DNA of 64,000 nucleotides, taken from Selaginella moellendorffii (Eukaryota > Plantae > Lycopodiophyta). The translations under genes were made by a program, and so were the position numbers. The stretch is from positions 1,500,100 to 1,564,099 of the forward strand of contig NW_003314267.1 of assembly GCF_000143415.4 (NCBI RefSeq), written 5' to 3'. The notes under the pieces were generated by a model. That model was not told where the DNA came from. It saw only the letters and a list, made by a program, of their open reading frames with translations, and searched no databases. Shown here piece by piece: positions 12,846-25,648 of this stretch. Position 1 is the stretch's first letter. Each line of letters begins with the position of its first letter.

Positions 12846-15800
12846 ATGGAAATGGCGCAAGAACTGCTGGACGGACCGCTGCACGAGATCAAAGAAACCA
12901 GTAAGTATGATTTCCTCTTCAACACCCATCAGTGCCAGTACCTGCAAAGCCGATGCTCCGTGGTCGAAGAATACGTGCGGCTTTGGCAGAGCTGCTCTGA
13001 ACTTGAGCCACTTCCCCTGGCCATGGAAGAGCTCCGTTGTATGCTAAGCAGAGCCTTGCAGCTTCTCAAGCAGTGCCAGCACGAGGAATGGCTGTACCAT
13101 GCTGCAGTCCGGCTCACTGATTCCAGAGCCTTTGCGGAGATCTGCCTGAGTCTGAGTAGATTGACGGCCTTGGTCAATGCTCACATGATGCATTGTGCCA
13201 CGGATATTGGGAGCCCGGATGTGCAGTACCTCATGGCCATGCCTTACAAGCGCAAGCACATAGAGAACCTGCGTTCAGCGATGGAGGACCTGAGTCCCTG
13301 CGCATCAAGAGATAGAAAGGAGCTCTTCATGAGAGCAAATTCCATCACAGAAACTGACAACAGGTATGTTCTGGCACAGTACCTTGTTAAAAAGCTGATG
13401 TCAAGCAGAGGAGGAGCCGTTGCCACCATTCAGGCCCTCGAACTGAAAACTTTGATAGGTGCGGGTGCATTTGGTTCTGTGTACAAAGCTGAATGGGTAG
13501 GGGCACCAGTTGCTGTGAAAGAGTTTAGAAGCGGTGATGCTTCAGTTGACAAGGAGGTGAACATCCTGAAAGAACTTATTTTAGAACCGCACCCGAGCGT
13601 GCTCCAGATGATAGGATCCTATCAGAAGGATGAGAAGGCTTACCTTGTCATGGAGCTGATGGAAAGGGACCTGACCAGTGTTATAAGGAAGGCTGAAGGC
13701 TCGCTGCAACTTTTAACTTCTGTAGACATTATGCTCCAGATCGCAAGCGGCATGAGCTACCTCCATCAAAGGAATGTGGTTCATCGAGACCTCAAGCCTT
13801 CGAATGTCCTCGTTAAGACATTAAAGAACCATGCCTGCATCACCTGTTTCGACGTGAGGTTAACAGACTTCGGAGTCTCAAAGTCGAACTTTATAAGCTT
13901 TGCACCGGACTTGTCTTACCAGAGGGGGACGATCCAATACATGGCTCCAGAGATGCTGAAGGGCCAGAAGTACTCCAGAGAGGTTGACGTATACAGCTTC
14001 GGAATTACTTGCTTCCAGATCTTGACTGGAACGCTGCCATTTCAGGACGATGGCAAGCAGCTGGTGGCAGATAAACTGGTCGAGACGATCGAAGATGGAA
14101 ATAGGCCTGACCTTCCAACAGGCTGTCCACTGGAGCTGGTTGCTCTCCTCAACAGGTGCTGGAACAGGAATCCGAAAGATAGACCAACCTTCGAACATAT
14201 ATCCAGGATGCTGTGGTCGCTAAAAGAAAGGTTGCTTGGTGGCCACAACCTCGAATCCAGCTTCACAGGCAGTGAGATGTCCAGTTGCAACGCTGCGGAA
14301 GAGCTCACACTCGCTGCAGGAGATATGATCTGCCAGATTTCAGTTGCTGCTCCGTTCACAAATTTTCATCAGTGCTACTTCTTGCAGTCGCGGTGCAAGC
14401 AGATTTCCAGCTACCGCGAATTTCCGAATAAGCTGCACCTTCGTTCATGGTTTGCCGTTCAGATAAAGCTGGTGACTACCTTGAGAACTGCGTTGTCGCT
14501 GATAGAATCTTACAGTGAAGAGAGGTGGCTGCATACGGCGGTGCTGAAAGAGCATAACCCGAGGGCATTCAGAAAAGCTCTTGATGATATCAACAGATGT
14601 GAAACCACATTGAGAGCCATAAACCCTGGTAACCACAGCAATAACATAATGACGTTCCCTGCTGTTCCTGAGCAATATGTGGAAGATGATAAAAAGAGAC
14701 TGGCAGAAAGCATTCAAGGCTTACTCGATGCATCGGACGGGGCGACAGTTAAGTTGGCAAAATATTTTGTTCAAAAGTCAGCTGCTGATTCGATTTTTCC
14801 GTGCATCAGTCCAGAGGAAATCGTACTGCTCGATTTGGTAGGAATGTCAAACCATGGGACGATGTTTAGAGGAAGATGGCTGGACGTACCTGTGATGGTG
14901 AAAGCCCTTGGAACAGGAAATGAAGCTGAAAAGCTCCTGAAGGAGCTTGACAAAGGGCACGCAGAACTTAGAAACAGGCCCCATCCAAATGTAACGCAAG
15001 TTATCGGCTACACAAGGCACGGGGAAGACTTGTTTGTGGTGACCGAGCAGGTCTCTGGAGGCCACTTCCGAGTGACAAAGTTCCCTCTTGTATTGACCAT
15101 CGAGATCCTGCTTCAAGTTGCTCAAGGCGTGGCCTACTTGCACCAACATAACTGCGAGCTCTCGGACTTGAATACGCTGCTGGTGGAATTTGAGAAAGGC
15201 CACTTCGACGAATTCACCGGTGGCATCACTGTCAAAGTTTCAGCTCGATCCAACTTCAGAAAACAAGATGGACAAAATAGCTTGAGTACCTTGGCTGGAA
15301 GGCTGAAGTATCCGTTCCACTTCCCCCATGCACCAGCGGCGGACTTCAGGAAGACCGATGCGTACAACTTTGGTATAGCCTGCGCAGAAATGATCACCGG
15401 GCAAACCATCGGGGAAGAAATACTGCTCTCTGGAAACCTACCGCAAGTCTCTCACGATTGCACGGGAATCAAGGCTGTAATAGAGAAATGCCTGAGTTCG
15501 CAGCCTCCTGACTTCCATCAAATCGTGGAACTCCTGCAATCAGCTCAACTTAGAATGGAGTTTCCACCTACAAGCGACATAGACTACCGACGGATGCTTC
15601 TGGACTCCAGCGCTCAAATTGAACTCAAGCTCGACATAACGGGAGCCGCAGTAATTGGTGGCAAGCTCATTGCTGTTGGAATCGTAGAAAATGTGGGTAA
15701 CAGGCTCTACCAGTGGATCCGTCAGCACAAAGATGGAACTATAGAGCGGTTGCGGCCATTTCTCGTGACGGAGTTGGACTCTGGGACACTGGAGTATGAT

Positions 15801-16274
15801 CTAACAGCCGACGACTTCAACAAGGCGATCTCACTCACTTACGTGGATATGAACGAAAAGATCGAAGTTTCCGGCAGAGAAACCACGAACAGTCGATGGG
15901 TTTCCTATAGTGACACTATGAAGCGGGCGCTAAAGATGATATGGGGTGCTGGCGAGGCCAAGTTCAAGGTTTTGCAGCTAAGGGAAGAAGAAGGGAGCAA
16001 GAAGAGCTACCTGGTGATTAGAAGGCCGCATTGCATGCTGGAGTGGAAGCGCTACTACTTGAAAAGGATGGAGATCAAGATCGCGTTCACCTCCCCGGCG
16101 GCCGGCATCAAAATATCCAAGGAGAATCCACAAATTTGCCAGCTGATCGATAACGGCGGCGCGGAGGCCTGCAAGATCCGATTCAAGAATGCGTTTGAGA
16201 GAGATTTGGCAGTGCTTACCTTCCGGCATTTCTTGCACAGTGCCTGTGAGAAGGGGAAGTGCTCGCGACGATGA
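12846..16274 (+). CDS. Intronless tandem kinase protein: N-terminal helical bundle (DUF1221/MLKL-4HB-like), Raf/TKL-like kinase, second helical bundle, pseudokinase, C-terminal Ig-like + PH-like module
   Basis: Open frame 12810-16274, first ATG at 12846. Kinase 1 (~13437-14225) has GAGAFG, VAVK, HRDLKPSN, DFG, GTIQYMAPE and DVYSFG. Kinase 2 (~14815-15545) keeps VMVK, HPNV and DAYNFG but lacks HRD and DFG. The motif HQCxxLQSRC...EExWLxxAV is duplicated before each kinase. The tail has YQWIRQHKDG, EYDLTADDFN and RDLAVLTFRHF. Confidence 0.92.
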   Translation: MEMAQELLDGPLHEIKETSKYDFLFNTHQCQYLQSRCSVVEEYVRLWQSCSELEPLPLAMEELRCMLSRALQLLKQCQHEEWLYHAAVRLTDSRAFAEICLSLSRLTALVNAHMMHCATDIGSPDVQYLMAMPYKRKHIENLRSAMEDLSPCASRDRKELFMRANSITETDNRYVLAQYLVKKLMSSRGGAVATIQALELKTLIGAGAFGSVYKAEWVGAPVAVKEFRSGDASVDKEVNILKELILEPHPSVLQMIGSYQKDEKAYLVMELMERDLTSVIRKAEGSLQLLTSVDIMLQIASGMSYLHQRNVVHRDLKPSNVLVKTLKNHACITCFDVRLTDFGVSKSNFISFAPDLSYQRGTIQYMAPEMLKGQKYSREVDVYSFGITCFQILTGTLPFQDDGKQLVADKLVETIEDGNRPDLPTGCPLELVALLNRCWNRNPKDRPTFEHISRMLWSLKERLLGGHNLESSFTGSEMSSCNAAEELTLAAGDMICQISVAAPFTNFHQCYFLQSRCKQISSYREFPNKLHLRSWFAVQIKLVTTLRTALSLIESYSEERWLHTAVLKEHNPRAFRKALDDINRCETTLRAINPGNHSNNIMTFPAVPEQYVEDDKKRLAESIQGLLDASDGATVKLAKYFVQKSAADSIFPCISPEEIVLLDLVGMSNHGTMFRGRWLDVPVMVKALGTGNEAEKLLKELDKGHAELRNRPHPNVTQVIGYTRHGEDLFVVTEQVSGGHFRVTKFPLVLTIEILLQVAQGVAYLHQHNCELSDLNTLLVEFEKGHFDEFTGGITVKVSARSNFRKQDGQNSLSTLAGRLKYPFHFPHAPAADFRKTDAYNFGIACAEMITGQTIGEEILLSGNLPQVSHDCTGIKAVIEKCLSSQPPDFHQIVELLQSAQLRMEFPPTSDIDYRRMLLDSSAQIELKLDITGAAVIGGKLIAVGIVENVGNRLYQWIRQHKDGTIERLRPFLVTELDSGTLEYDLTADDFNKAISLTYVDMNEKIEVSGRETTNSRWVSYSDTMKRALKMIWGAGEAKFKVLQLREEEGSKKSYLVIRRPHCMLEWKRYYLKRMEIKIAFTSPAAGIKISKENPQICQLIDNGGAEACKIRFKNAFERDLAVLTFRHFLHSACEKGKCSRR

Positions 16275-16624
16275 TGACACCCAAAATGCTGTGAGTCAAC
16301 GGCACATAGCTGAAACCATTGGTGATTTCTTAGTAACAATGAAGAACCCCATATTACATAAGGGAAAGGACTGCAAAGTTTAGAACTTGCAACCTTTAGT
16401 AACGCAGGTGGAAGGTGTAGTGTCACGAGCTTCTTAGTCTCAGGATGGGTAGTTCTAAAAATTATTTTCTTCATTATGGGCAGCAGAAGACCTGAAATGA
16501 TGGATGCATCAGTTTGGACCTAGCAAATAAGTCTTCTTTGGTTTGAATGGGGTGAAGCAGAAATATTATAATTAGTTTCCTTTCTAAGGGTGGGAGTTAC
16601 TCTTGACCACATTTTTAAGGGGCC

Positions 16625-16800
16625 TAGCAATGTGAGGTGGTGCAAATAACTTTTCTGAAGGAAGTGGAGGAGAAGAAAATTTAATTTTCCACTGAAGTTA
16701 TTAAAGCTAAAAAGACAAGTGGTGGAACTTATAAGAATATTCTTGGAATTGAAGAATTATTATTGCAATTGGGAGTGAAACAAGTAATTTATGATGGCAA
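16625..16800. repeat. ~180-bp dispersed repeat, second copy at ~63820-64000
   Basis: Shared blocks, e.g. TGAAGTTATTARAGCTAAA and CAAGTGGTGGAACTTATAAGAATAT, in both places. Confidence 0.7.
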
Positions 16801-17149
16801 GGGGAGGTACATCAACTAAGAGGGGAGGTGTATCTAAAGTGGGCAACCTTTATGCAAGCTTGCAAAATATATAAAAATAAAACACATGTATACTAAAATT
16901 GTTGTAATACACATGGATGACTTGCAAAATAATATTTTGAACACAACTATTTTTTTATGTATAGGCATGCATTAGTGCCTACTATATATGCATAACAAAA
17001 TCTAGATCAGTGCCATGTATATGATTTTTGACACTATATAAATTTTATATGTAAATTTTCACTCTATGTCAAATTTTTAATATATCAGTAGAGTTTAAAT
17101 TTTGGGTTAAAGCATGTAGTGCACAAATTTTTCACCCTTTACTCTATAT

Positions 17150-18360
17150 TGATTTACTATAAGATAATCATGGAGTGGAACCATAACTCTTGGATATGTG
17201 GCCAAGTGTAGCAAAGCAGAACTTGAGTGTTAAGGCTTTGAGTGACTGAATAAAGGGGCAAAATTAAATTCCCAAACATACAATCAATGAGTGAAGGAAT
17301 TAGAGCATAGAATAATTCATGAATGTACAACCTAAGGAGCAAAAGGACAAGAGTACAGAGTGATATTGGAATAATTCTAAAATATTTAATATCTCAATAA
17401 TAGGACCAACATGCAAAACAAAGCCAAATAGTGTCTAACATTATTTTAGTAAATTAATGGCCTACCATGAAAATATAAATACTCTACTAGTTAACATAGT
17501 ATGGAACTTAGGCTTAAAACCAAGCTAGATATAAAACAAAAACAAATATATAAATAAGGCACTTAGGTTGGTCAATTATGCTCAACTTACCTACTATCTC
17601 TACTATACATTTGAAACCCCCTACATCTTCGCCCCCTATAAAGGAACACACACTTTGGGCTTTCACCCCAGTCCAAGAAGTTAATCTTTAGAACAATCAT
17701 GAAAACTTATTAAATATAGAATGTATTAAATTGCAAATTTGGATGCAAAAACAACACCATTGTATTTAGGATAATTTCTACATTCTGTAAATATGCCTAA
17801 CTAATAAATCTAAACACTTTCCATAAATAGTAAATAAGACTAAATAGGACCAATATATAAGACATAATAAAGAGGGTGTTTTGGAAGACATAATAAGTTA
17901 TCATCTAACAAGTATTAAGGGACCAAACTCAATATCACTAGGGTTCCTAACACTAGCAAATGTAAACTAATGAATGAGTTTCTCTAACCAATTTAAATAT
18001 GTTTGACTAATAACATTTAGGAATGGTGTCTTTATGCTCCTTTGGCCAAGTGCACACGTGAAAACTAATTTTTTAACTAATTCAGGAAAAAACTAATAAA
18101 ATGTTTAGCAATATCAACCTTCTGTCATCATAGCAATAAAGAAAAAATATCTAAAAAACTCACCGACAGATAACTTTCAATATCTATAATCACATTTAAG
18201 ACACTCTCCCCACCTTAGGGAAGATCGATGTCTTCATCAATGTATACTCTAGTTTAGAGCACCACCAAGGAAAAATGTTTATAATGTTCATATTTTATAA
18301 GAAATGCATCAATTTAAATGAGTTAAATAGCAACTTTATTGTAGTGCTAGTTTATTGCAA
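17150..18360 (-). mobile_element. Family D copy 3: degraded 3' LTR (~17150-18203) with PPT and start of internal region; more internal sequence at ~22580-22925
   Basis: AT-drifted homolog of 9700-10749 ending ...TAAGACA at 18203, followed by CTCTCCCCACCTT (PPT reverse complement). 22600-22900 is the reverse complement of ~6680-6990. Confidence 0.65.
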
Positions 18361-18369
18361 CCTTCTACT

Positions 18370-21300
18370 TGTGTCATAGCTTAGATTCTAGCTTGAGAGA
18401 GCATAAAGAATATTTTATATCCTTAGAATATTCTCTCATCTTTGTATATAAGCCCATAAAAGGCTTGAAGATATTGTTCCAACCCATTTTCTCTTACATT
18501 GACATTTGGTTTTGCAAGTTTATGAGCATGTGTGTGAGGGGGTGGTTGGGGCTAAGAGATGTCTTAACAACCTCTTTGTTTAACATAAATGCACTACCAT
18601 TTAGACACCTTTTAAACATTCATTTTTTCACAATATCCTTTGTGTCTTTTCCTTTTTTCTTGGCTAAATTTCTCTTTTCTTTGTGAGAAAGTGGCATTTG
18701 TGGGAGTGATAGTGATTTTGATTAAGGAAGTCTATGTTAGGATACTCCTTTATTTGGAGTTATCCCATTTGGATACTCTCTTTTCACACAAATTACATGA
18801 CCTGGCATCATTGTTGCACATTGGATATTGTATGCCAGTTCACACTCATTCCCATCAAAGATGACAAATCAATCTTCCATACAGTGCTTAGGGTATGGGA
18901 TATTTTCATGCTTTTGACATGAGTTAAATTATCAAATTGCTCTTTCCAAGGAGGAGGATTCATTGTTCACCACAAATACCTAGTTGGGGAGTTTGCCACC
19001 CATAGCTCTTCCTGTATAAATCCATATTCTACAGTAAGGCACCAACTTGCCATACTTCTCTAGCAATGGTGACATCTCTATCAAGACATATATCACTCAC
19101 TTTGAGCAATATTGTGCATCGAATGGTATTGTTGAGGATAATCACAAGCTCTATAACCTGTTGTGATCGCTTGCTAACTGAGCAGTAGTATAGACATGGC
19201 TAATTACTCCACATTCAAAGCATAATTCCAAAGTCACTTTGATCAATAGTGATCAGCAAATTACTTACTCATGGACTTGTTTTCTTTTTAGCAAGGAGCA
19301 CACAAATTTATACGAAAGTATGTGATGCAATTCAGGTCTTATTGGAAGGAGTGTGTCCAGTGTAAGGTCATTACAAATGAACCTCATGGCATCACTACAT
19401 TCATCTTTAGCCTCAAGGGAATCTCCTAACAAGATGCTCAAGCGAGAGTTTTGAATGTGTTGTAAGGCATTTGCTGCAGTAAAGACTTTGGAACGGGATC
19501 TTTTCCAAGAGTTCAAGATTTCTAGGGTAGAGGAGGCTTTTCTCCCACCCTCAAACAAGAGCTTATGTGCTGCTATGGTCCATTCTTCTCCAGCCCCACA
19601 CAGCAATGATAGAGTTCCCTCAGTAATTGAGAAGGCATTGTCGGAATTTGCGGGATATAAGGAGATCATTTAGCAGCAACAACAAATGCAAGAGAAGCTG
19701 CTTGAGGAGCTTAAAGCATACCTTTTACAGAAGGCAAAGAGACCAAGAAACCCTCCTTATTCCTAATACTGTTCGCATTGCAATGTTACAACACATAGCA
19801 TGGAGAGATGTTGGAAGCTTCACTTAGAAATTTGGCCACCTTCTGTCTAGTGGGTTCAGCAATAGCCTCTAGTAGACAACACACCTCTTCCATTACCAAC
19901 AAATAGATACCAGTAACAACTAGAGCAGAAAGTGATTGAAGACACCCCTTCATCGAGCTGCAGGAAGACACCTATGCACATCAACACAGTATACATTACA
20001 AAGGACAGTTATCAAGTGGTTGTTGTGATGAGAGGGCACAAGAAAGGTTCCCCTTCAGCCCCAGATATTGATGGTGAGTAGGATCTAGTAGTAGTTTTTG
20101 GAACTTCACCCTCTCTTGTGGTGTGCAAATTACCTCATGCTTTGGTATTTGTGGCACCACCCACATCCTTAGGCACACCTTTGGATCCAGCTCCCAGACA
20201 ACCTCCAAACTTTTAGAGTGGGACCTTCTAGCCCCCCTCCACTCTTTCTTAGGTTCCACAAGATGTTCTCGCTTAGATTGTTGGCACTCCCATCCCGATC
20301 ACACTTGATGAGCTTTTGCGATACATACCCAATTTTACTTCTCAGTTGGAGGCTTTTGTTAAGTCCATAAGCATCCTCGTAGAATCTCAGCATGACATGT
20401 ATATCATCAACACTCAGACCATTCATGATCCCGGAGCATTCTTCATGGAGGTCTAAATCCATGATAAATCCTTGAAGGCACAAGCATTATTTAATTTAAG
20501 CTCCCAAAGCAACATCATCTCTCTTGACTTGGTGCACTTTAGTGGCTTGGAAGTTTCTAGCAACACAGCTGTAATCCTTAGGACATTTGCCAACCACATA
20601 GTGATCCCTATAGGCATCTGTCACAACATCTAAATCTCGGTACATGGCATGATTTTGACACTCAAATTTCTTGTAGTGGATTACCAGCAGCTTGGATCTG
20701 GGAAGTTGAAGAACTTTGTCATGCTGGGACATCTGTGGCACCTTACTGCTACTTGCACAACAACTTGGGCCAAGGGAGAATTGACAATCACAGATGGCAT
20801 CCATACAATGATTGTTCTCAATGCCTATGGCTGTTCTCTACTTCCATCCAACTTGTCTCAAGTGGATACTTCTTTTAGCACTAAAGTTGACTAGGCTCTC
20901 AAGGTTCTTTTCCTAGGATGATATGTTGTTGGAGATTTAAGTTGTTTAGTGCAATATTATTGACTTCTTCAACATGGATTAGATTATATCAACACTTGAC
21001 TTCTCTAATATCACTACACAAATCTAGAGGCCCCTTGTCTTTAGCAAATCTAGGGATTTCATATTGATTCCTTTGCTACTACACAGTGAGGAATCCATCC
21101 AAGTGGTGGTTTCTCCAACAACTTTTCCAACTCCAACACCACTTAAGAAGTCACAAGGGACCCCTACCAAGGATCCCTCAACAATGACATAGAGTTTGGA
21201 TGTATTGCATGTGAGCTTGGGTGTCAATAATTATGAGATAAAAGTTTGCGACACAATCCTGAGGTAGTTCCTGAGGATAAAGTTGATGAGTTTATGGCTA

Positions 21301-22461
21301 TTGGGATTAAAAAGCCACTATTTGACCACTTTCTTCTAGGCAAGCATCCACCTCTAGTTGCATCCTGTGAATACCCAAGAGTGGTAATACTTGGAGTGGT
21401 ATTATGAGTTGTCTACTTCTTCCCATAATGTGGAGCTAATATCTAGAGCATATATCCACCCATATGCCACAATTTTTTTCTCTTTGGAGTTGATTTGTTC
21501 TTTTGATCCTAACTATAGCAGGCATCCAAGTGCTTCCAAAGGTGTGTGGAAAATAGCCCTTTTCTTCCAGCTCAAATTGCAAGTGAAGCAATTTGCTAGT
21601 CCAATAGTTTTTGTGCAAGCAATAACTGTGACTTCACATTTCATTATATCAAATTAGAACCTATTATTGGACACATACATTCATCTTATCCATCAACTAA
21701 GATCCTCTCTCATCATTCCCATTATAATTCATTTCACATTTCATAGTTACCACCACTAGGCAACACATTCCTTATGCTTTCTTCTCCATTTTTAGCCAAA
21801 GTTTTGAGCACAGACTATATAAGCTTGAGGCTGCATTAGCATATTCACTTTCTAGAGCATGGGAGCTAGGTTTAAGGTTGTTTTTATTTGAGTTTCTCTT
21901 TTCTTTCCATTTTTCTTTTTTTTCCACTTTCTTGAATCTCTAGTTCAACTACACAGTTTTCCATTGGGTTTTTCTCTCTATCTTTGAACTTCAAATTCCT
22001 CTCTTATCTACTTTCATCCTTATTTCTTTTGCCTTCAATTTTTAATTTTCTTTCTTTTTTTCTTTGCCATCTCTCTTTGTTTCAGTAGTTACCCTCTCTA
22101 GACACTACATTCTAGCATTTGGGAGCATCTTAGTCATGGGTTTTTGCCCACTAGAGCCTTGTGCATCCCACCAGTGGTCACCTGTTGTCCTTCTCTTCAC
22201 ACCATAATTTAGATTGTGGTTTGAGAGAGCATAGAGAATTTTATGTCTTTAGAATATTCCTTCATCTTTGTATATAACCGTATGAGAGGCTTGAGTATAG
22301 GGTTACATCTTATTTTCTCTTGCACTTGCGCTTGGTTTTGCGAGTTTGTGAGTATATGTGTGAGGGTATGGAGCCATGGTTGGGGTTGAGAAACGCCCTA
22401 ACAACCTTTTTGTCTAATGCAAATGTGGTACCACTCAAACACTTTCCGCCTATCATTAACA
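18370..22461 (-). mobile_element. Old, heavily degraded LTR element with ~250-bp diverged terminal direct repeats (~18370-18625, ~22200-22461), probably Ty1/copia-like
   Basis: The terminal repeats are recognisably similar. Minus-strand remnants such as LSVDDIHV (YVDD-like) and HHILSYKFVCSLL (copia RNase H-like) are weak. Confidence 0.4.
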
Positions 22462-24009
22462 ACTAAATGACTTACAAAGTTAGTTATTCTTACTACTTTC
22501 AGCATCACTTATTATGCAAAAGATGATATGCCCTTGTTTGCAGATAACATAAAGGAAGAAGTCAGAGGCCCTAACCCTCATGAGCAAACAAACCAAACCC
22601 TTCGATCAGGTTTAAATAGAGTTGTTTACACGGTCACACCCTTCTAAAGGAATGGGGAACATCAAGAGAGAAGCGAGTGATATGTTTAGTCTATAGTAAC
22701 TACTCTATGACTGAAAATTTCATTATACACATAAAGTGCCAAAACTAGTTTATATATCCTAGCCCAAACTCAAAGATTAATAGATGTATAATATCAAACT
22801 CATAGACAAAGATATTGTAGAGACAACAAATTATCAGTGAATAAATCTTATATTAGAACACAAGAGTATTCCAATTAAGTTATCATTTGATAAATCAGTA
22901 GAGGATATGAACCATCAAAGCTTATTATAAGCCACAAATTTTTCCTTTCTAATTTGCCAGCTTACCTCATCTATCCGACCAACACTGCCTTGGCTTTTGC
23001 TAAGTTCCCTCGCCAAGGTTCCCGCCTATTGTACCAACTCTTACTTGGTCCTAGTTGGTTACAGCTACTCACTGCATGAGTAATGGAGCGTTAGCCATCC
23101 ATCCACGGATTCCCAAATCTCTCTCAATCCCCCTCCCCGGGTTAGACTGGACTTAAGGTTTGGTTACACTTCCCGCAGGCACAAGCAGCCAAGCACACCA
23201 AGCCTCCAAGTTCCTAACATCCCTTAGTACAACAAGACTTGATCATGGGACCCTCTAAATCCCAAGCCTTGGGTGCGACACTTGCTTTGGGACACCGGGG
23301 CGAAACACCGTGGCCTAACGACCCAGTATGGGTACCTCTACCCCCCCCCACTTCTATCCCGAAGGGAAGGCCCAAGCCCCTAGGAAGGGTGAGGACCAAT
23401 GAGCCACAACGTACTCAAGTGGGGCACCACTCCACATGAGCCGAGAGCACCGCAGTCGATTTCCCTTTCGGGAGTGGGAGTTGCTCTTGAGCACTTCCTT
23501 GGGTGGCCCCTTCGGCACCACCCAATGCCCCTCGGCCCTAGTCTCAACCTCAAGTTAGTTTGGAAGCACCACTAGAGAGTTCCTTCAAAACTGGTTCCTG
23601 GACCTCACTATCCCTACTATACTATACTTTTGGAACCCCCTACAACCCCCCCCCCCCTCCGAGACACACGCTTTGGGCTTTCACCCCTTGACCCGTATTA
23701 GTACTCGGTCTCGGACCCGACTTCAGACTTGGTCTCGGACTCGATCTTGGACCCGATCTTGGACTCAACTTCGGACTCGACCTCGGACTACGTCTCGGAC
23801 CCGATTTGGATCTCGGACTCTGTCTCGAACTCTGTCTCGAACTCGGTCTCCGATTCGGCCTCAGACTCAATCCTGGACTCTATCTCAAACTCGATCTCAG
23901 AGTCGGTCTTGGACTCGATCTTCAACTCGGTCCCATCTGATGAACTCTTTGTCATTTTGGTAATGCTTTCGGGGATCCTTAAGCCTATGACACCTTGGCG
24001 AGTTGGTTT

Positions 24010-25648
24010 TGTGAGACACAAAATTCCTAGGCCCCAAAGTGGAGCTGGAAGGGTGCCACGTGGTAGTGGCTGAAGTGAAGGCCAAACGAGCGTAATATGT
24101 TTGGACTAAAAGCTCCGACTTGATAGGTTGACAGTGGGAGTGGAACTCCCAACAAAGTGCTCGAGGAATGAGCACAAAGTGAGCAATAAGCGAGGCTCTA
24201 AAAAAGGGACCCAAAAGGACGAACACATGACACATGGGAGGACCCGAGATGGAGTCCGAGATGGAATCCGAGATGGACCGAGATGGAGTCCGAGATGGAC
24301 CCGAGATGGAGTTTGAGATGGACGGAGACGGAGTCCGAGATGGAGTCCGAGATGGACCTGAGATGGAGTCCGAGATGGACCGAGATGGAGTCCGAGGTCG
24401 AGACCGAGACCGGGACCGAGATGGAGTCCGAGAAGGACCTGAGATGGAGTCCGAGGTCGAGACCGAGACCGGGACCGAGACCGAGACCGAGACCGGGACC
24501 GAGACTGAGACCGAGACCGGGACCGAGACCGAGATCGAGGCCAAGGCTGAGACCGAGCCCGAGCCCGAGTCCGAGTCCGAGTCCGAGTCCGAGTCTGAGT
24601 CCGAGTCCGAGTCCGAGTCCGAGTCTGAGTCCGAGTCCAAGTTCGAGTCTGAGAGGGTGAAAGCCCAAAGTGTTCGTCTCCCAGACCCTGGGGGTTTTGG
24701 TGAGCTCCAAAAGTATAGTAAGGGGGAGGACTGCAGTGGAGCCAGTTTGGCCAGGAAAGGCCAATTTGGCCCAGGAAGGCCAGACCCAGTGTTGGGTGAT
24801 GAATTGACCACTGGGAAGTCCAAGACTAGAGTGAATACAGACCGACAAGCGGGGTAGCTTGGTGAAGTGTTCAAGAGTCGGTTCTAGTTCCCCCGGGAGA
24901 TCAATTGGCCGATGCTCCCAGTCCAAGTGTGGGTGGCACTACCTTCTTGGATACCTGGTGTGGCTCAACGGAACCTCGCTCTAAGCCTATGGCTGGAGCA
25001 CCTAAAGGTGGAAGGTGGGGAGAGTACCCACGGGGCTCGCGTAGGGCCACGGTGTTCCGAAATGTTGTCCCGAAGTCCCAAATAGGGGAAAGGAGGAGAA
25101 GCAGTCCTCTAGTGTAGTGACTACAGATACAGTCACATGGTGAGGAAGTCCCAGAGGACTGTGGGACTTAGTGGTCAGGCTTGTGGGCCTTGATCCAGTG
25201 GCAGTGTTGGCAAATACGGCCATGGACGGAAAGGGACTTGATGAGGACTAGAAAAGGGATATTGGGGAAGGCTAATCCCCATGTCTGTGGGCATCCTAAG
25301 GATGCTAAGGAGTGGATCTGGAATGATCACTCATGTACGGATGGCCCAGTCTGGGAGAGATGGGACTGTGATGCAGGTAGTGTTAGACCACCGGGGTGAC
25401 TAAGGTGAAGGGGCATGGCCTTAGTGTAACAGGCGGATATGTCGATGGTACCTTGGGGTGTCGGTCTTGGGATCGGACATGTGGAGCACTTGGACCAAGT
25501 GCAAAGGTTGAGTGGCGGGGATGCCATTCTCGGGGCTAGCAAGCCTAAGTCTGTAATAGGACTTATGGAGGTTGTGAGTGAGACTCCTCCAAGTGGTTGG
25601 AGGTGTGGTTAAGTGACTAAAGTAGAATGGAAAATTTAGTCGCTTACA
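24010..25648 (+). mobile_element. Solo LTR of family C inserted in the 3' LTR of chromovirus A
   Basis: TGTGAGACAC...GTCGCTTACA. Flanks GGTTT (24005-24009) and GGTTC (25649-25653) form a 5-bp TSD with one mismatch. Removing the insert restores the host LTR end GGTTCCTTACA. Confidence 0.93.

Noticed and set aside
12929-16474. Many antisense ORFs over the kinase gene
   Set aside because: Shadow ORFs of a long coding sequence, with no motifs.
24650-24830. Possible hammerhead ribozyme (retrozyme) or 5S-derived (Cassandra) segment in the non-autonomous LTR
   Set aside because: No CTGATGA...GAAA core with matching stems and no recognisable 5S rRNA similarity.
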